A stretch of DNA of 64,000 nt from Parasitella parasitica NRRL 2501 (taxonomy: Eukaryota > Fungi > Mucoromycota), in contig MU619263.1 of NCBI GenBank assembly GCA_025201805.1, positions 6,461 to 70,460 on the forward strand, in the 5' to 3' direction. Position 1 is the first letter of the stretch. Each line of letters opens with the position of its first letter. The position numbers and the translations under genes are program-made. Positions 37,829 to 50,645 of this stretch are shown one piece after another. The notes beneath the pieces were generated by a model. That model worked only from the letters and a program-made list of their open reading frames with translations. It had not been told where the DNA came from and did not search any database.

Positions 37829-40800
37829 GATGGTTTATTAAAGTTGGTTTTTAGAGAAGAGGATAAAAAGCTGAAAAAACAGCTGTGCCATCCATTTGAT
37901 GCTCCAGTGACGTGCTTGCATCAACAACATGAAACCAATCAAAGCATCAATTTGCAAACACTCAACTTGTGTTAAGCCTCACGTCTTCAACAAACTCATT
38001 ATATCATGGATGCTACGTAGAGTCCGGTGTAACAGACTATTTCATCAATAGAGAGTTGATTCAAGCAAGTACGTAACCATGTTAGACCTTATAACCAGAG
38101 GGATATACTCGGTGGAAACCAAGTTATGCTCAGATAGCGATGAACGTGGTTGTTTTTCTGAAGCATACGACAGTTGAAGGTTTTCATTTTATTAGGATAA
38201 TAGCAGAGTCTAAAGAAAAGAGTGCTAACACTGATGCTACCCCTCCCCCCGAAGCAGAAGATTCAGGTTCAAACTGACATCCGAAAGAAATTGTACTAGA
38301 GATCCAAGACCTGAGAGTTCTTAAGTAATAAAGAGTCTTCCCGTGATTCAGTTAATAGTGATTTCACAAATATCTTTCAACAGGATTTATTTGGCTCACA
38401 ATCGAAGAAGCCTCTATTATTCATCAGCTATTATTACGCATGAAAATTTGTGGTACCTGCTGATAAGTTTCTAGATTTCAAAAAAAAAACAAAAAAAAAA
38501 ACGGCGCCAAGTCAACGCTATGTTTTGCAAGCTAGATCTCGGTTTTTCTAGTGTATGATTAATACCTATGATCTGTTGTAGGAGATTGCGAATAGATATC
38601 AATGATAAATAAGTAATATTAAAATATATGAAGGGAAGAAGAACAGATAAATTCACGAATGTTCATTTGATCTGGATAATTATGCGTTAGGAAGATTACC
38701 AACGAATTGACATTTGCATGCCTATTATGTGATTATTTCTTGGATCATTACATGTTTATATTTTTGAGCGTGGACATCGGGTACGCATGGTTATGGGATG
38801 GAGGATTATGATAATAAGTTTACACAAGACAGAAGTAATTACTAGCTTTGTAATACTAGCATAAGTAATCATAAACCAGTTATCAACAGGGAGAGGCAGA
38901 GAGGATAATAGTCTTGGTAGAGAGAACTCCCATAACATTGTAGCCACAGTAAATCATTTGCATAATTGCGAGAGTACCCGAAATGTCGGATCTCAGGCAC
39001 AATACCATCTAAGTACTGCTATATTGACAGACGAAACCTTAATATGATCTTCTCGTAAATACTCACGATGGATTCCTCTAAGATATTAATGCTCTTACCA
39101 CATCGCTTGGTCTTTACATGCTAAACGCCCATCGTATTAAATGCAGTCTCTTACTCATATTGAAAAAGTGATGGAGCGACAATTTATTATTTATTGTGAA
39201 CTATCGGATGTAGTTATTTGTTATATAATAATAGTTGAGGATGTTGAGATAATAGCTGTTTTGATGTGTGCCCAAATCTTTGAAGGTCGAAGAGAAAGCT
39301 GTCGTGTGACACATAAAATACCGAAAGTAAGAAACGTAAAATACAGACGTTTACAGATAGAATGGAACGTTTTTAAAATGGTGTATTTATCATTTAAAAT
39401 TCAAATACTTCATAAGTTCACAAAAGAACCTTCAAAAGTGTTCAACAGGGCAAAACTAGCTGGACAGCAACCCCGAAGAGAAAATAGCACGTAAACCACT
39501 TTCTTCAGAGCAACTAAACAGAAAAGAGTACTAAAGCAACCTAATCTAAAGGGCATAACTACTCCTAACTTCATAAAACTTCATAAAATCAAGCAAAAAT
39601 TAAGACAGAATAAGAAAGATATCTGCTCTGGTCTTTATCCCCTCGGCGGAAGTCTTCTCTGCAAAAGCGCTTCTCTCAAAATGCCTGCGACATCAAAAAA
39701 TCAATATATACGCATCTCCTGTTTGAGTGGTATTGATGCCGCTTGACGCTGCATCAGCCTCAAGAGTCTCTATTTTGTAACTAAATGTAACTGTATAGTA
39801 GAACACGATATAAAAGACATTCTACGGTGATGATAGCACACGTTTTAATAGTTGATGAATATTTTGAGGAAAAGAGCATCAAATACAGACACTCACAGTT
39901 GGAAGTCATGAAAAGGGACAAACTGTTGAAAGCTAGAGCACTGAAATCACACAGCTCAATGGTAACAACGAGTACCGAAATTAGGGGTAGTTCACTGCAA
40001 AATAGTAAAATCTGATAGTAATCAGCTTGTGAGCCCCAACTCCTGGTATCACACAAACTAACGATTATGAAGTCCAAATGCCATCAAAAGCTGTCTTGGA
40101 AGGAGAAAATATATGAATAAGTTTTGCAATCACCATTTATATTAAAAGAACAAACGTTTTATCGCTGTTGTGAGATTTTTGCAATATTACTGCCGACTCG
40201 ACACTCAAAGAAAGTAATAAATGTATAGTAGCCTTCTACAGATAATTATGCAGGATACGTATAAGAAGGATCGTATTGTATAATATAACTTTTTATTCGA
40301 TACGAGGACTGGAAAGGAAAGCTTTTATGAATTATGTGTAATATGTGCAAAATGTTGTTTGAAACGAATCCGTAATAATATCTATTCTTTGGTGGTTTTT
40401 TTATTTGAGCAATGGACAAATTACACGATTATGCCCGTATTTACCACACCACGAACTAATTTTTTGATTAGTCTGCTAACCCAAAAAAAGAGAAATCTAC
40501 ATACCATTGGCCATGCGATAAATCAAGCGGCTTCAAATTTAACGTAGGCGGCACCATAGCTAATTCTTCTTTTGTAGACCAAGTAAGTTGATAGAGAGAC
40601 ATGACTTCAACTATAATATTTTAAAGAAAGGCAAAAATTTTTCGCTCGTATGTTGTATTTATATCTTTCTGTTGTCGACATGTTAAGATCAGCAGAAAAT
40701 TCGCACAGAAATACAACCCGAATAATCGTCCTTTTTTTGTTTTTCTGCCTCCTGATACTTTAATTCATACAAGTATAAGGCAATTTTGATCATATCAGTT

Positions 40801-41036
40801 TATATATTATATCCGATATATATATAATGTTTCAGGATTTAGAAATACTTCAAGAGCAATGTAAATCTTATAAATCGAAATCGCATTTTATCATACTTTT
40901 TTAAATGTAAAAACTCTAGTTTCACAAACAGACAAATCGTAAGCTTAAATATGAAAAGGGATCGACTTTGTCACTATATCCCATAAAACCAAGTTTGAAA
41001 CGTCCAAGCTGAGTTGCAGACTTAGTTGTATCCACT

Positions 41037-41037
<1 letters not shown>

Positions 41038-41075
<38 letters not shown>

Positions 41076-41092
41076 TTTTTTTTTTTTTTTTT
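41038..41092. repeat. Poly(T) tract
   Basis: About 55 nt of T with one AA interruption. Confidence 0.9.
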
Positions 41093-42506
41093 ATTGTCTA
41101 CTTTATTCAAGTAAAATACGTTTCTTGGGGTGTGATTATTATGGTCTAATTTATGAATAAGCATTTCTAATATATTGTTTTGTTCTATATTGAAAAAGGA
41201 GTCTATTATCCTAGTGAATTACGTTCTAGATTATTTGATCGTCCGTTACTATGCGCATGCTTATATATCGAATGCTCTCAAGTACCAAATACAAAGTTAA
41301 CACCGATTGTACAAGGCAGCTGATGATTCCGGTTACAGAATTTGAAAAACAACAAACTTTTTTTACAGTTGCCTTATGTATATTCTCAAAATGATTTATA
41401 TCTACCACGTCGAATGTTGTATGCATTACTTTCAATGATGCAAATTGGCTTATAGAACGATAAGCCTCATTTGCGTGACGAAATATTGACATCTTCTAAA
41501 GATGCAAATTTATTATTTGATTTCTTTAACGGAAACCAATTCAATGTTTAAGTTTTTGTACCTGAATACAAATGAAATCATGAGCCTAGTTGTTAATACT
41601 ACCGGAAAAGAAACAATGAAGGTGTTGATGTAATTCTGCAAAGCGGGTTTTACTTTCATTCAGAGCTGCAATATTTAAATGCTATGTATCAAGCATAGCT
41701 GCTCATCTCTATCTTCTTTTGCTGGCAATATTTCTCTGATATTTCGAATTTCTTGCCAGACTGTATTTCTATTTTTACAAACGTCTAGATTCATATAAAT
41801 GTTGTTTCATCAGTCGTATGCTGAAATTTGATATTTGGATAACCCAATATAACCAATTTTAAAAATAGTAAAAGGCTTTATTCCAAATGTGTATACACAG
41901 TGCTTAGTCTTTATTATAGTTTGTTATTACACTTGGCATATTGAATAAATTGTCTTCTTTTGTGATTATATAATGGATAAACGAGCAGTATTTTAGTTTA
42001 TACGCTAAAATCAATTTTAGTAGCAAAATGGGCTAATAATAATATTTACGGTGGCCCCACAATAACAAAGTCATGACGATCTTTCTAGATTTTAGTCTGT
42101 TTCTACCTTGGCGATCACCTTTCATTGGCTATGTAAAAAGATGTGCTAACAGTGCTTGGAAAGTTGTTATGAGTTGAGTGTCTATTTAAAGATCTTTTGG
42201 GCAGAAGTCTAGGGGGGGCCGATCTTTTTCCTAGCCAAATAACCTCTTTTGGAGAATTGACATCATGTTTGACCAGTTAGCAAAAATCTAATAGCCAACA
42301 TGTTGTCATATGTGAATAATAGCATAACGAATATTATTAGGTTTATATTATTGTATGCTTGGCAGAGATGCTACTAGAATGATACCATCATATGAACTGA
42401 TTAAAACATAAAGGAGGGACTACAAAAAGTATAAATAGCTGTCATCAATTATACAATTCCTCTTTCATTACTCTCATCATCTAATAACATAAAATAACGT
42501 AAAACT

Positions 42507-43646
42507 ATGAAATCTTTCTCTACATCTTTCCTTACTGCTATTGTCGCTGCTGCTTGTCTTGTTTCAGCCCAACAGCCTGCAACTGATTCATCCTCTGCAC
42601 CAAGCACTGACGGCGGATCTGCCGCTTCAGGTGCTACCACTGGTCCTCTTTCAATCACTCAGCCAGTTCAAGGAACTAAATGGAAGATTGGTGGAAACGA
42701 AACTGTTACATGGCAAAATGTTCAGGATGGTGTTGACAAATTGCTTATCAACCTGATGAAGGGTGATCCCTCTGCCCTTACTTTGGTTCAAGCTTTAGCC
42801 ACCGGAATTGATGCATCTGCTGGCACTACCCAGGTTCAGGTTCCTCAAAATGCTACTGAAGGTACCGATTACTCTTTGGCAGTTGGAGTTGAACCTAGTC
42901 AAATGGCTTACATTGGAGGTATCCAAATCACTAAAGATGGCGACTCTTCCTCTTCTGCTCCTGCTGGTAGTGGAGAGACTTCTGCTGGTGGTGAAGGTGC
43001 TTCTGCTGGTGGTGATGATGCTTCTGCTGATGGTGACGAAGCTTCTGCTGGTGGTGATGAAGCTTCTGCTGGTGGTGATGAAGCTTCTGCTGGTGGTGAT
43101 GAAGCTTCTGCTGGTGGTGATGAAGCTTCTGCTTCTCCTGACAATGGTGATACCTCTGCTTCAGCTGGAGGTGATGATGCTTCAGCCCCAGCTGGAGATG
43201 ATAGTGCTTCTGCTCCCTCTCCTGTCAAACGTGCTGTCGAAGAACCAAATGGTGCTAGTGGCGCTAGTGCCGCTGATGTCTCTGAAGCTTCCGAATCTGG
43301 TGCTGCTGGTGGCGGTATAGCCTCGTCTGCTGTCTCTGGAGCTTCATCTGCCATTGCTGCCGCTACATCTGCTGTCGGTGGTGCACCCTCTGCAATTAAA
43401 TCTGCTGTCGGTGGTTCCACTTCGGTTGCTGCGTCCGCTGCTCCAACATCAAGCGGTGGTCTAGGTGCATCTGCCTCATCTGCTGGCGGCGCTGTAAAGA
43501 GTGCTGCTTCATCCATTGTCGGTGGCTCTGCTAGCCCAGCTGCATCTTCTGGATCATCAGCCGCTGAAAGTTCTGCTGGCCGTAACTTGGTCTCTGGTAT
43601 TGCTATGGCTATTCCTGCCGCTGTACTGGCCATGACAGGTTTCTAA
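42507..43646 (+). CDS. GPI-anchored Ser/Ala/Gly-rich cell-surface protein with Kre9/Knh1-like N-terminal Ig-like domain
   Basis: Signal peptide; SITQPVQGTKWKIG...VTW...INLMKGDP...LATGIDAS.G...VP...DYSL; S/A/G-rich stalk; GPI-type C-terminus (SSAG...hydrophobic tail). TATAAATA lies at about 42430. Confidence 0.9.
   Translation: MKSFSTSFLTAIVAAACLVSAQQPATDSSSAPSTDGGSAASGATTGPLSITQPVQGTKWKIGGNETVTWQNVQDGVDKLLINLMKGDPSALTLVQALATGIDASAGTTQVQVPQNATEGTDYSLAVGVEPSQMAYIGGIQITKDGDSSSSAPAGSGETSAGGEGASAGGDDASADGDEASAGGDEASAGGDEASAGGDEASAGGDEASASPDNGDTSASAGGDDASAPAGDDSASAPSPVKRAVEEPNGASGASAADVSEASESGAAGGGIASSAVSGASSAIAAATSAVGGAPSAIKSAVGGSTSVAASAAPTSSGGLGASASSAGGAVKSAASSIVGGSASPAASSGSSAAESSAGRNLVSGIAMAIPAAVLAMTGF
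42981..43133 (+). repeat. 21-bp coding minisatellite (SAGGDEA) x7
   Basis: TCTGCTGGTGGTGATGAAGCT tandem units. Confidence 0.95.
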
Positions 43647-44615
43647 ATCAAGTTATTCTTACACATCAACACTACACTTTATAGTATATAACAATTATCT
43701 TTTTCATATCATCCTCAAACCGCCCTGTATCATCTTCTACCTTATGTAAACAGTATTAAAAAACTTTAAAATAATTTAGAAACCTGGTTTTTTTCAAATA
43801 TAATTTTACATGGAATTCCAGATGTCTTGAGAATTGTAAAGTTTGCACCTTTTCTTAAAGCATTGTGTCGATAGATAAGCAGCTACACTGACATAACAGC
43901 TTCTAGGCTCTATTAGTCTATAAACGTAAAACATTTAGGGAAGAAACTGATATTGTGTTCAATCCAACCATAGCTTCTTTTTTTCTGAGCTACTCCCTCA
44001 GAGTACTGCCTCTATGAATTTTAAGGATTTTGCGGTGGTCTTTTTTTTTTCTAGCAAGTCTTTTTAGTTTGGAAAAGCAGAATGTAGGCTGGCAAAAATT
44101 AGGTACGGTAGCGAGTGTCTTAAACATGCTTCCTAATCTTTAATCTAGCAGTATCCATGATAAAATAATGCGGAGCTTGCTTCACGGGTACATCTTTGAT
44201 ACCATTCCAGCCAAAATGGGGATGTTGATGGCACATTTTGCCTTGGTCGTTTGAACCGCATCTTTTCCTTATGTTGGCTATCCTTCTCTTCGAATCAAGC
44301 TGGCTTTAATGGCTGCCTCGTCGACAAAGATACATTTTGTTTTGAATGATCGAAAAAATTGGCAAGTTCAGAAATGACAAAGATGTAAAGAAGACTTGGT
44401 AAGAAGACTTGGTAAGAATACTCGTTATTATATTATCAATTGATTTCAATTCACATCAGTAATCACTGTTCATTATTATGGCAAGAATTACTACCGTAAT
44501 CAAAAGTGACTTTCTCTACCAGTAGTTGTTTAAATGCTATCAAGTTGTTGGGAAGCATAAATTTACCTTTTTTGTTCACGTAAAAGAAAAAGGAAGAAGG
44601 TTAATAGGAATATAC

Positions 44616-47600
44616 ATGTCTGATATGGCCCCATTATTCTCTTTATTTGCAATAATTCCAGTAATACTTGGCGGGTTCTACTTTTATGCTCATCAACGTA
44701 CGTTTGGAAATCTGAATATTACGACGTCGTCGGTTGCATACGACCGAACTGGCTACCATGCCTTACTTGATTGGGACAAGTACTCGCTTACAATAGAGGG
44801 AGAGCCTACTCAAATCTATTCAGGCGAATTCCACTACTGGCGTGTGCCCGACAGAGAGCGCTGGTCACCCATCTTGAAACAATACCGCGCTGCTGGCTTC
44901 AACACTATCCGCATTTACTTTCATTGGGGCTATCATTCACCTGCAGAAGGCGTCTACAACTTTGATGGAAACCGGGACATTGAATATCTTTTGAACCTGT
45001 GCGAAGAGTTAAACTTGTTTGTCTTGGCTGCACCGGGACCTTACATCTGTGCCGAGACTCAGGCTGGAGGTTATCCTGCATGGCTAGTTGCTAAGCGTGA
45101 TCTTAATATACGTCACAACTATATAATGCTTTGGCGTGTCTACGATCAAAAGTTTGCAGATTATGAAATACAATGGTTCAAACATATTTTGCCCATCATT
45201 GCACGACATCAAATTACCGAAAACAAGGCAGGCAAAAAAGGCTGTGTATTGGGCTTGCAAATTGACAATGAACTATTCGAGACTATGGCCAATCTATTGC
45301 CTATTGGTTTGCATGATCAGATGAGAGTTTTGGCCAAAGCTGCCCGAGATATTGGTATTACTGTTCCCTTGTTTTCCAATGACGGCTTTGAGGAAGGTGG
45401 TTGGGTACCTCGTCCTGATTTGGATCGTGAAAAGAAGAAATTCTGGAGTAGGGAAAGATTCGGTTTAGACCTTTACGGCTTTGACAAATATGTCAGTAAG
45501 TATGCATGAATGTAGATTATAAAATAGCACATATTCTCATGGAAATGTATCAGTTTTTGCCCCTTCAAGCTCTCCTAAATCTTGGCTGATTAATAGTGGT
45601 GTTTCTATCGCATCTTGGGATGAATGGAACCCTAAAAACATGGAAAAGTCGATGGATACATTGGAAAAAACCGTACGCAAATTTGGAGGAGGAGCGAAGG
45701 ATTCGCCCATGTTTATTCCTGAACTTCAAGGTGGATGGTTTAACCACTATCAACTTACGCATACCTACGATCACATTTACGACTATTACGGCGATGAATA
45801 TACAAAACTTTTGGTTGAGACGTCTTTGGCGCAAGGTGTCACTATGGCTAGTATTTATATGATTTATGGCGGTACTAATTGGGGCACACTCGGTGATCCG
45901 TAAGTCTTCATTTCGATCTTTTATAGAAGAATACTAATCATCACGTAACAGAGATGTATATACATCATATGATTACTCTGCCTGTATCCGTGAGTTTGGC
46001 ATGTTATCTTCCAGAGGACGGAATCTCCGTAAAACGATCCTACTTACTCGTTCCTTTGATCCTTACTTTACAAAGACTGAGCGCGTCGACCAGCCGAATG
46101 TCAAGACATCTGTCCCCCATACATTGAATCTCCAACGTACATCTGTTGGCAGCGATCAAAAGGTAGTGTTTACCTTTTTCAGAAACTTTGACCGCCAAAA
46201 GCGTGAAACATTTGATGTTACCATAGAGGAGCCAACAGGGAGCCTTACTATGGGATGCTACTTGCCTTATAAGTCATCATTTATTGCTGTTGGAAACTAT
46301 ACAGCACAAAATGATTTACATTTGATCCTGTCTACTATCCCTATTTTAACTCGCTTGGTCGACAAGGAGTCGAGAGAGGAAGTCTGGATCGTTGAACCTA
46401 ATATTGTCGGTGCTATGGCTTTTACAAGCAAAGAGATCAAGGTAACTGGTAATATGCAAGACGATGTGTTGCGCACAGAGGGCCCAGCAGTGATCCTTAC
46501 ATTCGAGAAAGAGAATGGATGGACCAAGATTGAAACATCAGCTGGAAGTCTGTACATTATCGGTCTGACCAAGAGCGATGCTGGCACTCTTTTCGCTGAA
46601 TTCGAAGAACCTTACTGGAACCATGGCGAAAAGAAATACCCCCTCTTTGCAGCATGGGGCGCCGACAATTTTTACTATGACAAGAAGTCTCAACAGCTCG
46701 AGATTAATCACAGACGTTCGGAAACTGCAGCTCACATTGTTTCATTGAGCGATGTTAGCGATACTCACACAACAGCAGCTACTGGTAGATATGAAATTCC
46801 AGTGGTCAAGCATTTTAAATACCACGCGCAACCTGCAAAGCCTGTTTCTATTGTACCCACTCATTGGGAACAGCGTCCTGTTGACTTGCAAAGCCTGCCT
46901 TGGAAGAAATTGACAAGCCGCAAGGAAAACGGAACGGCAACATTCGACGCTATTGATTATCATTATACGAGTGGGCATGTTTTATATCGTGCATTGTTTA
47001 AATCCCCTGATAGCCAGAATGATGTTATTTTGTCGTTGAATAGTCGTAACCGCGCCACTGTTTTGGTAAATGGCCACGTTGTTGGAGGCCATACCACTTA
47101 TTCTCGACAATTGTTCATGCCGGGAGCCAAGATAGGTCCTGATCCGTCCTTTTTGGGGAAACACAAGTACAATTTGACTCCTTATCTCTCTCATGCTGAT
47201 TCCCTCGAGAACCAAGTGGTTGTGATTGTCGAAAGTTTTGGCTTAAATCGCCAAGCATTTATCATGAACGACATTCGCAATCCTCGGGGTATTATTACGG
47301 CTGGTATCAGTGGCATCAAGGAGAAGCCTGAGTGGGAAATCACCGGTGTAGATGTGCGCCAATTGTCAAATCCCTTTAGCTCTACGGGTTTCCCTGACGA
47401 AGACAAGGGCGGATGGAAAAGGTACAACGATGTCCAGGTTGCAGACAAACAAACTTGCAGTATCCCAATATCTGTGGATCAGGGTGCTCAATGGTTCCGT
47501 TTCCGCTTTGACAATGAGTCAAAAAAGTCAGCTTCTTTGTACAATGTGCCCCTTCGCCTTCATTTGGATGGTGAATGGACTGCCATGGTGTTTGTGAATA

Positions 47601-47845
47601 ACGTATTCATCGCTAGATACTATGGCAATGGTGATGGCCCTCAGCACGATTTCTATCTCCCTGACAACTTGATCCAGGCCAAGAACAATGAAGTCAGAAT
47701 TCTTGCTTATACCTGGAAAGACACTACAGGCAAACTATATATCGCAGGTTGGCCAGTGGTTGCTGACAGTGGCAACTTGATTACACTGGAAACAAACGAA
47801 AAACCTGCTGAATACATCATTTACAAAGAGCACATCAGACTATAA
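44616..47845 (+). CDS. Glycoside hydrolase family 35 (beta-galactosidase-like), membrane-anchored, 3 exons
   Basis: YSGEFHYWRVP, GFNTIRIYFHW, APGPYICAETQAGGYPAWL, acid/base QIDNE, nucleophile PELQGGW, YMIYGGTNWG, YTSYDY, and C-terminal jelly-roll (GPQHDFYLP). N-terminal hydrophobic anchor. Confidence 0.94.
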
Positions 47846-48062
47846 TAAACATTCTGCATATCAATTGTATAAAACTCGGGTCAGCGTTTTCCTGAGAATC
47901 CACACGAGTCCGACTGTACAGAAATATTCTTTCTTTACATTTATTTTTGAGAGGGATGTAAGTGGCTATTTATATGTATATATTTACAGGAATTTGCATT
48001 CATTTCATTTTGTTTCATCAAGAAATTCGGGATTTGAGCGACTATCTCATATAATCTTTGAT

Positions 48063-50034
48063 TTATCGATCTACGATAGTGAATGGCGAAGGGCGTGGAG
48101 GTACAGTAGGAGCTGCAACCAAGGTTTCTGACATATGTCTCTCATGTTAGTACTATTACGGCAAAAAAAACCAATGAAGCTACATACCTTTGTTGTACAA
48201 TGCGATAGTTGGATCATTCCAAAACTTTCCATCCCGTGGGGAGATGACAACATGATGGTGGAATGTAGCACCATTCTCTTTTTCGCATTCGCCGTCGTCA
48301 TTATCCTCCAGTGTTGAAGAGGATGTGAGAGGTCCAGCATACGAGGATCCTCTTCCAAATACGTACGGTCGGCTTTGATGGTAGTTTGCATCGTCCAAGC
48401 TGGCTGGTCGGCTGTAATAACTGTCATTGAGAGAAGAAGCAAATGTCAAAGTGCTATTCGTTGCGGGGTTACTGAGGCGCATCAAGGAGCTTGTGTTACT
48501 CATAATAGAACTAGTATAACTGTTTGTTCTACCCGACACATATCTACTACTGTTGCTACTGCTGTTATTGCTAGGAAGCTCGCGCAATAAACTTAATTCG
48601 TCGACTGTATTTTGGCTCACCCAAGGTCTCATTAAAAGATATTGAGTTGCTAAGCTTTGCTGCTCGTCCGGATCAAATTCATCAGTGCAGTCAGCATTGT
48701 AGACGCCAGTTTGATTGCTGATAAAATCGCTTGTACTACTATTGTCTGTGTTACCATTACCAAACCCAATGGCACCCCCTAGACGACCAAATCCGGATTT
48801 GCTTCGATGAAACGCTTGAGACAAGACAGGCCGTCCTTGCTGTTTGTGTATCATCTTTGCGTTGAGGGCATTCGGCTTTCTGTCATAAGGCGGAGTCAGT
48901 TGAAAGTTTCGAAGTATCTCCAAGAGCTTGCTTATGCGGGCGTCTTTGTGCAATGGACCGGAGCTGTTGTTATCTACCTTTTGCATTCTTGAGGATGTTC
49001 TTATGGGGATTTGTGTAATGCCAGCCGCTGTCTTGGTTGTTTGCTGCTGCAGCAGTTGCTGTGATTGATCCACAGCAGCTAGTAGATAGGTCATGTCATG
49101 GATGAACGTTCCGAGAAAAGGAACTGTGGGTCTTTTATAATGTTCTGATCGAATCAAATTGACACTTTTACCGTTCAGTACTGAGGTGGAGACGATACCC
49201 ATATGCTCTCGATATTTCCCATAGTTGTTTGCTTCTGACATGAGTTCAGTCATGGATTCCATTTTGGATAGACTCTTTTTAGGTATATATGCCCAGGTGC
49301 GCTTTAGTCTTTGAACAGGAGGAGTCCATAATGCAGATATGATACCCTTCAGCGTTTGATAGTTGTTTAATTCTTGGCATTTGCTTGCGATCTTGATCCA
49401 TTGGTTAATATGCTGAGCCCTAACAGATGCTTCTTGCGGCAGTAAAATGGAATGCTCAATCATGCGAGTTACATAGTTGAAGAAATCCGATGATGCCACT
49501 ACTCGAGGATGAGGTGTTTTCGGAGCGTGAGAGAGTAGCGCTTGTGGTGGGATTGCTAGAAAGATGGCAGACTCGATTCTTGTCAGCTGATATGCGACCA
49601 GTCCCGGTTCAAAGTAAAGGATTGTAGGGATGGTGGCGGCACACATATATAAAGTTCGTACACGATTCAGGGTGTGCTTGGCTTCCGCAACATAGGGGTT
49701 GTATTGAGAAATAGCAGCATTCAACTTTTCTTCGTTTTCTTTGTCGTAGCTGTTGTCGCTACTCATTCGTCTTTTCTGTGCACGGAGATCTTTCAATGCT
49801 AGTTCAAGCTCGTCCAGCTTTACCTGTAATACAGCGTGTGTCGTGAGAAGAGGGGGTATAGGGACAAGAGGAATATGGCCTCCCACAATGCCTGAACTGT
49901 TTGGTGGAGTCAAGCTGTCACTGTTGTTTGTTTGTGCTGGAACAAGGTTTAAAGCATCAATTTCACCATCAGGCACGGCTTCATTGTGGTTGGTTGAAAT
50001 AATTTGGTATGAGTTGGATCGGGTATGTTGATGC

Positions 50035-50069
<35 letters not shown>

Positions 50070-50645
50070 GGTGTCATTGCCTATTCCGAGAGAAAAGACA
50101 TTCATTGTTAGTTGACATCTTTTTTTTTTCAAACTTTTTTCTTACCACTGCCCGGTAAAGTTCGTTTCACTGGGGGAATCGGAGGGATTGCTTTGGTTAG
50201 ACAAGCGGTGGATGGTTTGGGTGGCAAGACCGGCTTGCTCACATGAGACGGTTTAGGTGGAAGTGGAGGAGGTGCGATTTTATTTGCGGCAGTAGGTGAG
50301 TGATGATCCATAATCTTTTCAACATGGTCAATACATGAACGCAGTATCGATAATAACACTGCTGTGTTTTGTGGTTTTGAAACAATCGCTGTGTTAGCAA
50401 AACTGGGTTAGCGCCAAATGTTACTGATGCGTATTAATGATACTAACAGCAATGAACAAATTTCACGTCAAATAGTGGCTTTATAGCGTACTGAGCCGTA
50501 GCCAAAAATGCATTGTACGCATCCTATAATAGAGAAATCAGTAATGTTGCCCCGCATCCAAGATGCCTGCTGAAGACCTTACTTTTATTTGACCATTCTC
50601 AAATTGCTCAAATCCCAAATCTAAAGAAGACTGTGGGTCATGCAT
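48063..50645 (-). CDS. Ras guanine nucleotide exchange factor (CDC25 homology domain)
   Basis: VAYQLTRIE..IF..I, FFNYVT, RAQHINQWIKIA..C.ELNNY, IISAL..PPVQRLKRTW, NNYGKYR, PTVPFLG. The N-terminal exons and start codon are inferred. Confidence 0.88.

Noticed and set aside
38194-38285. tRNA- or SINE-like A-box (TAGCAGAGT) and B-box (GGTTCAAAC) spacing
   Set aside because: The T stem and acceptor stem pair poorly and there is no anticodon arm, so it is not supportable as a tRNA.
42908-43633. 241-aa antisense ORF and 170-aa alternative-frame ORF over the GPI protein gene
   Set aside because: These are shadows of GCT/TCT/GGT-rich codons and the 21-bp repeat, with no independent features.
44388-44420. 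13-bp tandem duplication AAGAAGACTTGGT upstream of GH35
   Set aside because: About two and a half copies only; consistent with ordinary slippage.
45255-45275. GH35 as a chitosan exo-beta-glucosaminidase (GlmA type)
   Set aside because: The residue before the acid/base Glu is Asn (DNE), as in beta-galactosidases, not the Asp of GlmA-type enzymes.
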